A stretch of 63,581 nt of DNA, filler included, from Collodictyon triciliatum (GCA_043381765.1; 9 parts of 9 records of this genome joined end to end with filler, not necessarily neighbours in it); one strand, 5' to 3'. Counted from the first letter of the whole stretch, positions 37,701-51,188 are shown. The notes: generated by a model from the sequence alone, not told the origin. Program-made: numbers and translations.

Positions 37701-40700
37701 CTATAATCTTCTAAAATATTTTCTGGTGCCATTATCCTCTTCATCTTCTCCCAAAAAATCATCAAACCCCCCGTCAAGTACTTGAATCGAAGTATACTTT
37801 CGCTTGGACTATCGAAAAATATTAGTTTAGTGGTGAGATATCTCACTTTATTTCTCTCTCTGAAAATTAATGATTCACCTCATACCTCCACCACCTCGTG
37901 CGAGTTGAGAGGGAGAATAAAAATAAAAATAACTCACCTCACACGAACCGTCAAAGGTCTCGATAGAGGCAGTTTCTTATCCCAATACGGGGGGTAAGAA
38001 GATATATTAGTAGATATATTTTGAACACACACGAATATTCAAACGAACTAGCAGTAGAAAAATCTTTGGGCCTATCAATATCTCATCTACCTGATTCATC
38101 ATCTCCAGTGCTTTGGACTAAAAGTTCTTGTAATTCAAACGTTCCCATCAAGAGATTCTCATGAAGAAACCCACAGAATATATCCAAACCACAGGGGCAA
38201 CTGATTTCATATTTGGGTACCTCAAAATCTGTATCTGATGATATGAACAAAGCGCCGATGAGCGCACTCGTTATGCTTTTGTGCGAGTGAAGCTCATCAG
38301 AGTCTTTCATGCTTGAGAGAAACCTTTTCATTTTTTGTCTCTTGCTATCTCCTGAAATAGTGGATTTTGGTCCCTTCTCAGATTTAGAATGGCATTCATC
38401 GGCTACAAGCTCAGAAAAATTTGATTTTTCCAACATTTTTCTAAAAGATCTCTTATGAATCGACAGAATTCTTGATTTGTGAAGCATAGACTCGTCAAAG
38501 TCAGGAAATATGCAATACAAATGATTACTAACAACCAGTTTTGTTACTGAATCACCAAGAATAATCATTTGTTCATAAGAAAACTGTATGGGAGGACTAT
38601 CAGGGAATGAAATACTCCTCCATGTTAGGTAATCAGAATACTGCAGTGCCTAGTGGAAATTATCAGTTAATATCGTAATCATCACGGTTTAAAAGGAATG
38701 AGTAAGGAAGTGCATTTTTTTTTTTAAAAAAAGTTCTATTCTCAGTTGTTCTAGTCCAAGTAATTCTTACACATAGGATGAGTCCAATGGAAGGTAAATC
38801 GAAGGGGAAAATTGAGGAGATGAAGTCTATTACTTCGGGAAATTTTGATCCTGGCATTGAGTTGATCATATCAAATGCAAGGAGTTAAAGAAATACTTAC
38901 AATATGGATATGTTATCCATTTATCAAAGCAAGAAGTTTATTTAAAATCATGACCCACTGCATTCATCTTCTTCATGAAGGAAGTGTGAAAATGTTTGAC
39001 AGCTCAATAAATTATATGGGTTACAGGTACGCTGGTTCAATATATATTCGCTGCAAAAGTCGTGAGATTTTAAAAACCCCTGATCAAGAAATATACACCC
39101 TGAATAATTTAGATGATTAAGCTCTGAATTGAGATATGTGTGACATGCATAAACTTGAAGCGAATCCATGATCTGATTCGGTTAACTCAACTCATCATGA
39201 GTAATTGAAGGCTACATGAGCAATTATAGCCCATGAAGTATCATACATATTATGATTGTCTTACCTATGAAGCTTTCTAAAGCATCTCCGCTTAATTTTT
39301 TGATACCTGTTTTATCCTTTTCGTTACTAAGAATAACTTTATCCAAGTTCAGTTGTTGGGACACTTGTTGAAGATTCTGTATTTTTCAGATAAAGAGGAG
39401 GTATATATCTTAATAATTGTATAAACATGGGGTGATTCTCATCAAATTGTGATGATAAAAAATACTTTGAATAAATTGATGGTTATCGCAAAAATCATTT
39501 GGTTGAAGGATGAATAAATACCTTGTTGTTTACAACCAACGACCTTTTTTGAAACAATTTTGAGAGATTATAATTCCGATTTGAATGTAATAATGATACG
39601 ATTACAGATAAATCTAAAACGCCATCCCCTAGAAACTCAAGGCGTTGATTACTATAATCTGAAGACTTAAATATTCGATCATGCGTTATATCGCTGAAAG
39701 CTGAGGCATAATTCGACGTAGTTAATGCCTTATGAAAGAGCAAACTGTTAATAGCTGTTAATAACTGATAAAGTGGTTTCAAGACTTTTCAAAATGTAAT
39801 ATGAAGATTATCATTAGTCATTCTTCTTTTTTCTTTTGCAAGATATGGAGAAAGTATATGGCGATGGAGCTATTGAGTTTTACCTGCCTTAGCAATAGCC
39901 TATTTCGTATTTTAATTTCGACAAAGTCTTCCAATTTAGTTACATTTTCGAAAAAATAACATTCATCTTTCAATATAGCACATAGCTTTGAAAGTAAAAA
40001 CGAATAGTGTGACACCTCCGTTGAAAAATTAGTCAATACCAAAAATTCGATGGGAGTTGAACATATTCCATCGTAGGCCAAATTTTCTGGGTTATCTTTA
40101 AATGAACAGAGCTAATAATGAAAAGCAACATGTCAATAACCTTTTATTGGATGATTTACTTCAAAATATCAGATAGAAAGGGTGATGGTGACGGTGGCGA
40201 AGGTGATGGGGGTATGAAACAAAATAAACCTTTTCATCCCAACTTCGAAGAAAAGAACAATTAGGCAAGGGAATGAGAGTAGAAATGGGTTGGTGTTCAT
40301 CTACAATCAGAGGACAGTATGAATCCTGGCCGTCTTGGTTTTCGATATAGTCAACCAAGTAACTTATTCTATCGAGAGGCCTCCAAAGATTGTGGACATT
40401 GAAAATTGAGTATGCATTTGATTTCTTTAAAACACTGACAATTCTGCCAGTATCCAATTCAGAAATATTCCACCCAAAGTTTGGTTCAGGAAAGCCTCGA
40501 TTGCTACAAGAAATTTTTTGAGAAGGATTGAACGTATTAAACCCTTTCTCTTCCATTTCCAGTAGCCTCATGATTCTCTGCTCTATCAAAAGAGGTGAAG
40601 CAAGAGGAAAATTTTCTCTGACTATTTTTTGGTGAAGAAGCTCGATGAATGATTTCTTGACATCTTCAAAGCCAACGATATCTCCTATGTAATCTTCTAA

Positions 40701-42966
40701 ATCTATGGGATCTGCAAATTTCTTTTCATAAGGAATGGGAATGCGAATTTGGAGGTTCATCAATACATCACTAAATGTATAGTTTTGATTCATCATGCCG
40801 TATTTTGGAAGAATAAAACAAAACATAGATTCGTATTGGTCGACTAAATTCAAGTAAGAAGGAAGGGCGAAATGAAGAAAAAAATGAAAAGAAAGTCTCA
40901 ACTTTCGCCTCATGTATTCATCGAAAGTAATTTCACCACTCCTTTTCAAGGAGACCATTATGTTTTTTTCATTATGATTAATCTCAAAGACCGGAATATT
41001 CAGCGGGATTGGAGAGAGTATCACAAATCCCTGAAATCTGCTCCCCATTTTTGAATGCAAGGAGCATGGCTTGTATGGTGGATCTAGCTGTATATGATGA
41101 ATATACATAGTTATGGACACATCCGGGGAAAGCGTTTCAACCTGATTTAATCTTCTAGTATCTTTAATCGATACGGTCGATTCCAATAAATCAGAGATGT
41201 ACGTATCTTTCTCAAATGGTATTGCGTCAAAGTGTAATTTCGGAAGATCTCTTATAACATGACCTCGATCCAAAGTAAGGAATGGATATCGAGTGAGCAG
41301 GTACTGACACGCCGCCAGAGCGACTGCTTTCTGAGAGGTTTTTTTTCTTTGATAGGACTCAGGGATGCATATACGAATAGAACCCTCGGTAAGAGGGATC
41401 AATATCGAGGGACAGAATCGTGGTGCATTACCGGATGAAACTTGCTTAATATCGTATATTGGATGCAATGAATTGTTTACTTTACCAATTCTTCTTACTG
41501 GAGTATCTTGAAGCAATTTGTGCGATGATAGCTGACTGTAAATTTTTATTAAAATCATGGGTATCATATTTAGTACATTCGTGTTGATTCCCACAGTACC
41601 GATGCTGATGATGTCCTCATTTTCTGAGTCATGAATTTGCATATCATGTATATCTGGATTCTCATCAGCAGAATCAGAAACACGATGCCTTCGCGGGTCA
41701 TTGTCGAATTCATAGTTGAGCTTACCACCTTGATCATCGTACCCGCGCAAAGATGAATGTATCTTAACGTCGCACGGGATTTCATCCCATTCGAGAGGGT
41801 TAAAATCATGCGAAGAAGGCAGTGTTCCATCTGACATTTTGAAGAAATGCTGACAAAGAGCAAGATACATATAACCTTTGGCACTTTCTTTGTCAGGGGA
41901 CTGAAGAGTGGTCTCCAAACTAATGGAGCGGTCTGAGAAATATATTTCACAGAAGCATGTGAATCGTAGACCCTCGCTAGTCATACATTTCTTTATGTGG
42001 ATTGGAAAAGGCAGTTGTTGCTGGGAATCTGGTGAATTTGAATAGGAACGCAGTAGAATACCCTCCTCAGCGAGTGTGTTAGCCCATCGGCGTAGAGTGC
42101 CCTCAGCCAACGTGTGTAAGTAATATTCTTCGTTGGTGGATCTAGTAGCGAGTTTGCAGTTTAACGCCGAAGGCTGACCTTGCCATTCGTTTGGAGAGCC
42201 ACTCCTTCCCTCGCTTCCACTCGAAACCTTTCCTGCGTCAACCACTTTAAAACTCGGCGAAGAGCTTAACACAGACTTATCCAAAAGACACTGACGGGCA
42301 TCTGGGTAATGATCGTATATGTGCTTGCATGCTATGCGGAAGGCCTGGAAAAAAGCGTGCTGAAGCGTCGGACTGTTTTTGCGCAGTGATAATATGATAG
42401 GCGCCCCACGCAGAGGCAGGGTCACAGAGACCTGAAAAGTTGCTGCGCCTGTGGTTTCCCGTATTTCAATCAGTCGAAGGGGACCTGAGAGGTCATGTTG
42501 CGGCACTCGCTCCAGAAGGTTCAGCGAGTTCAGCATCCTGATCATCTGGTAGAATCCTTCGGCCAGCACAGCAAACTCCTTGTTGTGGGACACTTGATCA
42601 TAGACCCAGGCCTCCGACACCTCCACCAGCCCGCAATATCCTGACTGGGCAGCGCGCTGCGTCAGCTTTTTCGAGGGCACCATAATTTTGATAATGTAGG
42701 CTTTGCCTAGTTCACTTGGGATAAGCTTCCAGAAGAGCGTCTGGAAAAGATAGCTCCTCTCGCTCGCCCCTACGTTTCCAAGCCCCTGTTGCCAGCACGA
42801 AAAAAAATTATAATTTCCAGATTTATTCTAGAGATGGTGGAACGCGTTTTAAGGTTTTATAAAGACGCGGCGGTTCGCATGTTCGACAGGGTTGTTTTAC
42901 AAATGCAGAAGCGGCGCATTAAACCGCTATGTGTGGTGGCGCTGGCGACGCTGCAAAGAAGGTCAT
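37701..42966 (-). CDS. Helicase-less Dicer-like protein: dsRBD/DUF283-like repeats, degenerate PAZ, RNase IIIa, degenerate RNase IIIb (start uncertain)
   Basis: RNase IIIa LLLRQ|ALT..NQRLEFLGDG..VNNK|NL..KLSGDALESFI|GCIFLDQG; RNase IIIb LILC|ALQ..YEQMIILGDS..KSITSALIGALF; PAZ-like DEHQP and connector PIEF..LLSKL. Last exon ends RKYFRRL*. The frame extends upstream of 42683 to an acceptor near 42787; first exon tentative (ATG 42966). Confidence 0.85.
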
Positions 42967-43870
42967 CAAACGACACACGCGGACATGGTTACACACACTT
43001 TATTTTGTGCTGGGCATACGCTGCATTCTGTTGATGAAGCAGCGTCCCAAGCGCGTTTGGTGTTGGGTGTGACAAGAGGACGAGAAAGAAGATTTTATTG
43101 ATTTTTTTTTTAAAATATATATTCACGAAAGGTCTGTTAAAGAAAAGATTCGAAAATAATTCTAAAAAATCGAATGCCAAATACAGATCCAAATTCAATC
43201 CCAAGGGGGGCACTTATATAAATCAGACGGAAGACATAAATAAGCTGCGCCGCTTCGTTTTCACGCCCTAAGGTGAGATGTTTGAAACACATGAACGTTT
43301 GTGTGTTAGTGCGTGTCATTTCGTGTCTTATTGTACAAAAGTAAGTTTTTCACACGGCAGGAATGAGGTTGAAAAAGACCACATATTTTTATTTTGTACT
43401 GGGTCTCTTTATATAAACAGATGTTTGTATTGGCTGTATATATTGAAGGCAAGGCCAGACAGAGCCAACTATGTGACCTTTCGTGTTCTGCTTCATGAGT
43501 AAATATAACACAATCAAGTATAGACGAACCGCTTGGACCACCTTATAGATGATTCTGTGGCACTTTTCAAAACTAAACTACCCTCAATATAATCACAGCA
43601 GCAAAAGATTCTTCCTTTCTGGATCCCAAAAGCAACCCTTGAAGCAATTTAAGCGTGAGTATCCAAGTCCTTATGAGTTTGGTGTAATTATGCTTTTAAA
43701 AAACGACACAAATGCAATAACTATAAACATGGGATCAACGAGGAACATTTTCATATTTCATCGATTACCATAGGATCCCAATTTAGTCTATACACCATTA
43801 CCACCAACTCCTCTCTTAACTGCAGTTGAAAGACCAAGGAAAAGGTCTCCGTCAGCATATACAATATATA

Positions 43871-44025
43871 ATGTCATCAGCCTCTCCTACCCCGCATACA
43901 TCGCCTCCCTCAAAAAACCATGGTTCAGACGCCACATTGCCCGGGACACCATCTGAAAGTCCCCTGATTCAACCTCTGGGCATCGCCGACCCTTCGTTCT
44001 TCGAAGGCGATCTTTCTCACGGCTC
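43871..44025 (+). CDS. Probable first exon of a truncated gene (Ser/Pro-rich N-terminus)
   Basis: ATG-initiated, GC-richer frame MSSASPTPHTSPP... ending at donor GTAAGC just before the scaffold end. Confidence 0.4.
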
Positions 44026-44055
44026 GTAAGCTTCTCGCCCTGCAACCACACACCC

Positions 44056-44155
44056 NNNNNNNNNNNNNNNNNNNNNNNNNNNNNNNNNNNNNNNNNNNNT
44101 TAATTAATTAANNNNNNNNNNNNNNNNNNNNNNNNNNNNNNNNNNNNNNNNNNNN
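44056..44155. other. Artificial scaffold linker
   Basis: N44-TTAATTAATTAA-N44. Confidence 0.99.
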
Positions 44156-44336
44156 ATAAATAATAATAATAAATAATAATAATAAATAATAATAATAAAT
44201 AATAATAATAAATAATAATAATAAATAATAATAAATAATAATAAATAATAATAATAAATTAATAAATAAATTAATAAATAAAAGACTCACTTTACAAAAT
44301 TGAAAGGAAGAATAAAAAAAAAAATAAAAGACTCAC

Positions 44337-46874
44337 TTTCCATCGCAAACGTCTAAATGCTCGTGAATTAAAAAGCTTACATACGAGTACCTGGAAATTT
44401 AGCGTTTATATTTTCAATGCGAAATAATATGGCATTACATAATTTATTATTATTTTAATGAATTCTACACTCTTTCCAGAACTCTATATTTTTTTCCTTT
44501 ATTCGATTCAAAGTTTTCAGAACTCTATATAAAAATATTACATCATCTTGCGAGACTCTTCGTCGGTGTAAAATAAATCTGTGAACATGTCAATATCATC
44601 CATACTTAAACCGTGCCGAGTCAAGGAAAATGCATATGAAATAGCGGATATCGATTCTGTTTTTTGGACAAATTATGTAATTAGTTACTTTGGATATAAT
44701 GAAAATGAGGACATAATTTACTATGTTAAATGAATATTAGTAAAGTAATATCCACGATATATACTTTTTTTTATTTATTTTCTTACCGACACAAAGGTGC
44801 AAACAAACATAATGGTTTATTTTTATATGAGTTATTTCCAAAAAAAAAAAACGTACTGGAGAAATTTGTCCAATAAGAATGTGTAAAATTAATTAAAGAT
44901 TCCATCGTAGCAAGAGACCCCATCGATTCTATTCTTTTTACAAAATTACCACTTCCGACATAACAAGATAAGTCTGCCAAGATTAGTCTCAGGCTTGATG
45001 GGTGCTCTATTTCCATTTATTTATTTTAGTGATTAGGTAAGTAAAATCTCGCGCATGAACAGTAAAAATTTGGATCGAATTAAAAAGAATAGTAAATATA
45101 AAATTATGCTTAAATTTTATACTTGATAGTGGGATATTTGCTATTTTATCAACAACTTCGAGAGGGACGTCTCTCGAGTGGTTCTGAAGATAAATTCGAG
45201 ATATATCGAATATTTCATCCTTTTGAAGTTCAGGAATCTTGGCGTACTCAAACTAGAACGTAAATTTGTGCTTGATAGAACCATACGAGAATAGCTTGTG
45301 AATTTCATAAGTTTGACAACCTTTATCATATATATTAGCAATACAAACCAAGTCACTGTATTCTAGCGATGATGCAATTAAATGTACATTGGGAGGAAGT
45401 TTTTCCGGTACCCATTCGTACTTTTGAGTTGGTTGAATGGTTCGTGGTTCAATCTTGATCATATCGATATCATCGATGACGAAAAAGAATGACAGCCAAC
45501 TGCGAATTAATAAAAAATATTTCGTTACTTCCAATTAACAATTATTTTTTTTTTGCTTACAGGTATCCATGGTGATTATTTTGTTTTCTGGATTGCTAAC
45601 CTATATTTTGTACCCATGGTATCGATTATAAAGCGAATGCTCTTTTCTGAGATACCCTTATCTATGATGTTCAATATTTTGACACAAAGAATGAACGAAT
45701 TTTCCATCTTCAAGGGAGAACCAATAATCATAATACATGAAAGTAAACTGAATACATAGAGGAAAATTATACATATCTACTCAATACGAGTAAAGCGTTC
45801 TATGTAAAAAATAGGAGAAACAAAATCAAAACGAGTTCTATATTTACATAATATTACCAAAATCACTTAATTCATAAACACTATGATATGAAAGGTGTAG
45901 GCGCAGGCTTTCAATGACTTTTTCAAAAAAGAAACTAATAGACACTCCTGTTAGGCCAGCTTACGTTTTTTTTTTTTTCATTTATCGATTATTTTTTTAA
46001 AAGATTTCCTTCTCACCTGAAAGACGATATTTTCGGCGTGACATTACATGTAAAAAATGGCAGAAATATATTCCTAGAGTTTTGATCTATTCCCAGAGTC
46101 TCATTCAACCGTGATAAGAGTGTCGACTTTCCAGAGCCTATATTAACATTTTCATAGAATTATTATATCTCCGTGATTAGATCTTCTCCGTATTAATTCT
46201 TATATGATAAAGTACAGCCAAACCTTTAATTCCATATAAAAGAACAGGTTTATGAAACGGGTATGACGATGATGCCTATTTTTTTTTTTGATAAATTTCT
46301 TAAATTTCCAATATGTACTGAATACTGCACAGCATAACGCCATGTAAAAATAATATATGACGTCAATATATACAAAAAGAAATACTCTGATTTTCATTTT
46401 TAGAAAATCGATAATTGTGCTCATTCCCGCAATTGGGGCACTGCCCTTTAGGGTGTTCATCTATGTGACATATTATTTGATTATTTTGAGGTAAATTTTA
46501 TTTCTTTTAATATCTCTTTCATTTTCTGATATGCAAATAGCAGAATGAAGAATAAAGAATAAAGAATAAAGAATGAGAGTTAAGCAATAATAATGCTATG
46601 GTATTAGTTCTTCCCAAAAAATAGCAAAGATATGATTAGATATAAAGAAATACCGCCCGGTAGTCTTCATGATCTAACTTTATAGCAGCAAGAATTGTCT
46701 CTGTAATCGTGTCTCCAAAGTTGACGTCACCAGAGTATTTTCCGAATCCAGATACCATTGAAAAGAATCGGCCCAAGTGAGTCTGATTTTTTTTTGATTT
46801 CAGAAAACATAAAAGAAAAGAAGGTGGATGCCAACATCTCCACCATCTTGCACAAAATTGAAAGGAGGAATAAA

Positions 46875-46930
<56 letters not shown>

Positions 46931-49900
46931 AAAGAAAAGAAGATAGATAATGGGTGACCCAAATACCTCTTCAATTTTAATTTTCTCGTCCAGCAAGAAG
47001 AAATATCGAGAAACGCCACATCCTTTGTCAACGCAGCAACCTTGTACCTTATTTGTGAATGTGTAATTCGATTAAATGCTTTTTTTTTTATTAATGAAAA
47101 TGAAAAGCGTTATAGAAAGGTCAATTAGGTTCCAAACACAACATATACTATTTACATACTTACCAATGATTCATCAAGGGATGTTATATCTGTTTGAGAT
47201 GTTTCAAAAGCCCGCATATGCGTCGTGGTATTTCGTACTCTCTTAGAATCATGGTTAAGATGGCTGGCATCGCTAATATGAACAGTTCATGGGAACTCTT
47301 GTAAACAGTGATATGTTTTTTTTATTGAAGATTTTTATTTATTTATTTAATCTAGAAAATAAAAATACTGTTTGTCTAAAATGCAGACAAAGTAGTCAGC
47401 TTTCTTGGCCTTGGATATTATTTTTGATGGAATCTAGTGAACTGATATTAGCATATATACATAATTTATGGTGTAGTATTTTTTTTTAACTACGACTATC
47501 CTTACAATTATAGGGTCTAATTCTCGACCTCCCATAATTGTCCAGTTTGTGTCTATCATTACAATCTTAACTCCAATACCAGCAGCGTATTTTGACAATC
47601 TATACAAAGAAAGTATTTGAAGTTATGAATGATTATATACATATATACAAAATATACTGATTTTGTCATTACCTTGAAAATATTTTCTCTTTGAAGTGAT
47701 CAATTCGGTTAGAGTCCATGCTTCTGGGAAAGCGAATGTAGACACTCAAAGGCGAACCATAATTATCAACTTTTCGAGTAAATCGATGTTTCAGGGTTCC
47801 ATAATACAGAGGTAATGATTTGAAAAGATAGGGTGTTTTATCACCTACTGCGATTGTGTGCCCTTTGTCACAAATTCCATTATTTGTAAGTACGAATCTC
47901 TCAATAACTTCACAGGGACTGCAGAAAGACTCTCGGTCGCAATCAGGACAGACAAATCCATGGTTGGAGGGTGCAAATGGAGAATTTATACATTTGAAGA
48001 TAATATCGACTATACCAACACATGCTTTAATCGAGTCACAAAGGGGTTGGCGGATATAGAATGAAATGAAAGCAGTAAAATTAAAATTCCCTCTCCCAGG
48101 TGCCTATAATCAGGTTTGTTTGTGATTTAAGAAGACATGTTTTATTTGAGTATTTTTTTTTATAGACCACGAAAATATATACAGCATCATTTACTATATG
48201 AAGATGGAAGAAAAAAAACCCACTAATGTTGCCATTTTGGTTGAAAAATATATTCGTATTTGCTCCCCAAAATGAAACGTGTTATTTGAGCTATCATAAG
48301 ATACGTTTAGACTAAATGAATTATTAGCAATAAATTTGCACAAATCAAAGAAGTATTGAGGGCTTCCCTGGTAGAATTTTGTAAAGTATGATAAAACAGA
48401 AAAAATCGCTATCTGTGGAATATGATTTGTAAACACAATTTGGTAATCCAGCCTTGAGCTATGTGATTTTTCCATTACGTTGCTCTTGTCGGGATAATGA
48501 AAATGAGTTTTGCAAGATGAGAATGTTAGAATGTCTCCTAGACCAGGAACACTTAAAGAGAGGCCATTCTTTCTCATGAATAAGGTAACATCCCTAGATA
48601 ATCCACCGAGGAATCTTGTATGAACAGAGCTATTTTGATACTCGTGTTGCATTTTCAAGACATCAGTTATTCTATCTGACATTTTACCCTCCTCGATGAG
48701 GCATGATATTTTCCCTTTTGTCTGAAAATTTAAGCCTAGCAACACGTGTATCAGAATTCTCGGTTGGATACATACCAACTCACTGAAATAGCTTCCCTCT
48801 GCATTCCAATATATTAATCCAGCGTGATTTAAACAGGATACTACAGCGCGAGTATGTTCTGGTTTCATCCCATGATCGATTAAACAGTAATTGTATATTT
48901 GCTCAATAGGTATAAAGTATCCACATTCTGACTGAGCTCTTTGACACAGAGACTGCTTGATTCGCATATATTTTGACGATATTTCATTTTCGACCTGTTG
49001 GGTTTTGTCAAAGAACTTCTGTATGAATCTTACAACGACACTCACTTCATTATACGTCGATGTTGATAAAGTCACATATTCCACAAAATCAATCTGTTCT
49101 GAGTATATTTTAACAGTTTCTTTCATAGATTCAATAGATGGGTTCAGCATTTCAGAATTTATCATTCCAGAATGTAATCCAACTAAAACAATATTACTCT
49201 TATACCGCGTAAATGCAATGGCGCTCAGCCAGAAATGGAGCTCAGAGACCAGCTCACCCTTTTCTATATCTATTATAATAACAAATATTTTTGGAGAACT
49301 ATTGAAAATTCTAATACAGGCTTCAAAAGAGCTCAAGTCCTGAAATTCCCAGCCGGTGACTATTATAGACCTTTGGTTGGAGCCTGACAATATATAATCA
49401 CCTCTACAGGCATATTCATCAGGTGGGAATATAAACGGATTATCACCATTTTTGTATGCTTTAGACTGAATTTTTTGAATGATGTTGGATTTCGGCGCTG
49501 ATGAGGGACCTGCGTAAATGACATGCCCTCCAAATGAATTCAATGCATTTCCAGTGATATCATCTTTTAAAAATGCCTTCAAAAATACTAGCCCGCGTTC
49601 AACAATATATGTTGGGGGGTATGAAATATTCTCGTAATCGAGTTGAAGAACAGTAAGCCCATCCATTCCTGATACAAATTCAGGTATACTGGTAATCTTG
49701 GAAGGTTATTAGAAAGCTGCATGAGACGATGTCGGACGAAGGTGAAAATATCAACTTTATTAAATTAAGCCATGAATAAGAAAAAAATGCAAATAAATTA
49801 ATTTATATAACTCACAGGATTTTGCTGCATATATACTTCACTTATGCTCTGCAGCTGAATGAGAATACGCGGAACTTGTGATAGCTACCATATTATTAGC

Positions 49901-51188
49901 TTAAATAAGATAACATAAAAAGAACCATCTTGCTATGTATTTTTCAATTAAAAATCACCCCTAATCCATTGCAAGATAGTATTTTAAGGGAGGTCAATGT
50001 CGATATAACACTTGGAAAGGAAGAAAACTGGAAAATAAAAATTAATTTTGGTATAATTTACTTATCACATAGCTCATCTATTTGCATAAGTCATCACTGA
50101 AAATACCCGATTGTGTGAAATATCTAATCTTGTCAAGAACTTAAGACGGGCAAACGTGGAGGGAAGTTCGGTTATCTAATAATCAAAGTAGAATTTACAC
50201 CACACATATTCAGGGCATGCTTTTGATATTATGACTCATGTATTAAAATTTTGAGGATAATAAATACAATTACAATATTGTGTTGAATTTGCAAGTCCTT
50301 TAGCAGTGTCAATGAATAAAGGCTTCCATGAACACTTGAAAACTATGCATACAAAGAAACGATAGGCAAAATAAACATAAAATAAACATAAAATAAACAT
50401 AAAATAAACATAAAATAAACATAAAATAAACATAAAATAAACATAAAATAAACATAAAATAAACATAAAATAAACATAATTATATGGTGATGGTTAAGAT
50501 ATCTATTGAGTTTATAAAAATGATAAACCAAATTAATAGGCCATTACTATGTTGTGGTGTAGTTGTAGTTGTGTTAGTCCCGTTAAAATAGAGAAGGACT
50601 TTGGTAGAAAACTCATCTATTGAAATCGTGATCATGAACTAAGAGCATATCCCTCTTGCTTTATTCATAAATATGAATTGCCATATTTCGAAAAAGAATG
50701 AACTTTTATTTGTGCTCAACTGTATACGAAACAAACAAGAGTACGAATGTTTATTTGGAAAATAATAATGACAGGCATATACATAATTTAACAATAATGG
50801 AATCGGAATGGATCTCAAAAATCAGATAATTTATTTGATGAATATATAAGGAACCTCATTTCTAAATAAATGCATCTCTTTCAATCCAGTAATATATGTA
50901 ATGCTTTCCGGAATTCTCCCTCGGTTCGTTTTCCAAAACCGAATCCATGTTGCTTGTGTGACTGGGGCGCCTTGTGGGGCCCAATACGGCTGCAAAGCTT
51001 CGATATCAACCAGAGTACTCTATACCATCAAATGAATCTTGAGAATGAGATAAAACGATTTTAAGAAAGTAACATATGGATGAGACCTGAGATTCATGTA
51101 GCTCTGTCATTCTCACGGCGATGGATAACTTTTCAAAGACGTTCTGTGCAACTTATTCTTATCGATGATCTGGTTTAAAGCCAGTAAC
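44337..51188 (-). CDS. LRR-ROC-COR protein fused to a DUF4062-like domain and NACHT NTPase (partial at both ends)
   Basis: 69-nt phase-0 LRR exons (e.g. ITELPSTFARLKFLTRLDISHNR), then the linker ISYPPTYIVERG..LKAFL, a degenerate ROC, and COR (LNHAGLIYW, LVCIQPRIL, CPDC..CDKGH). Then LSVYIRFP..KIFSR|L..GVKIVMIDTNW..YFVCIL, Walker A LLYGIKG|SGKST and Walker B FVIDDID..WVPEKLPPNVHLIAS. Confidence 0.8.
44473..44530 (-). mobile_element. Micro-retroposon insertion with 17-bp TSD (1 mismatch)
   Basis: TTT(C/T)CAGAACTCTATAT (44473-44489 and 44514-44530) flanks the reverse complement of CTTTGAATCGAATAAAGGAAAAAA; intronic. Confidence 0.85.
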
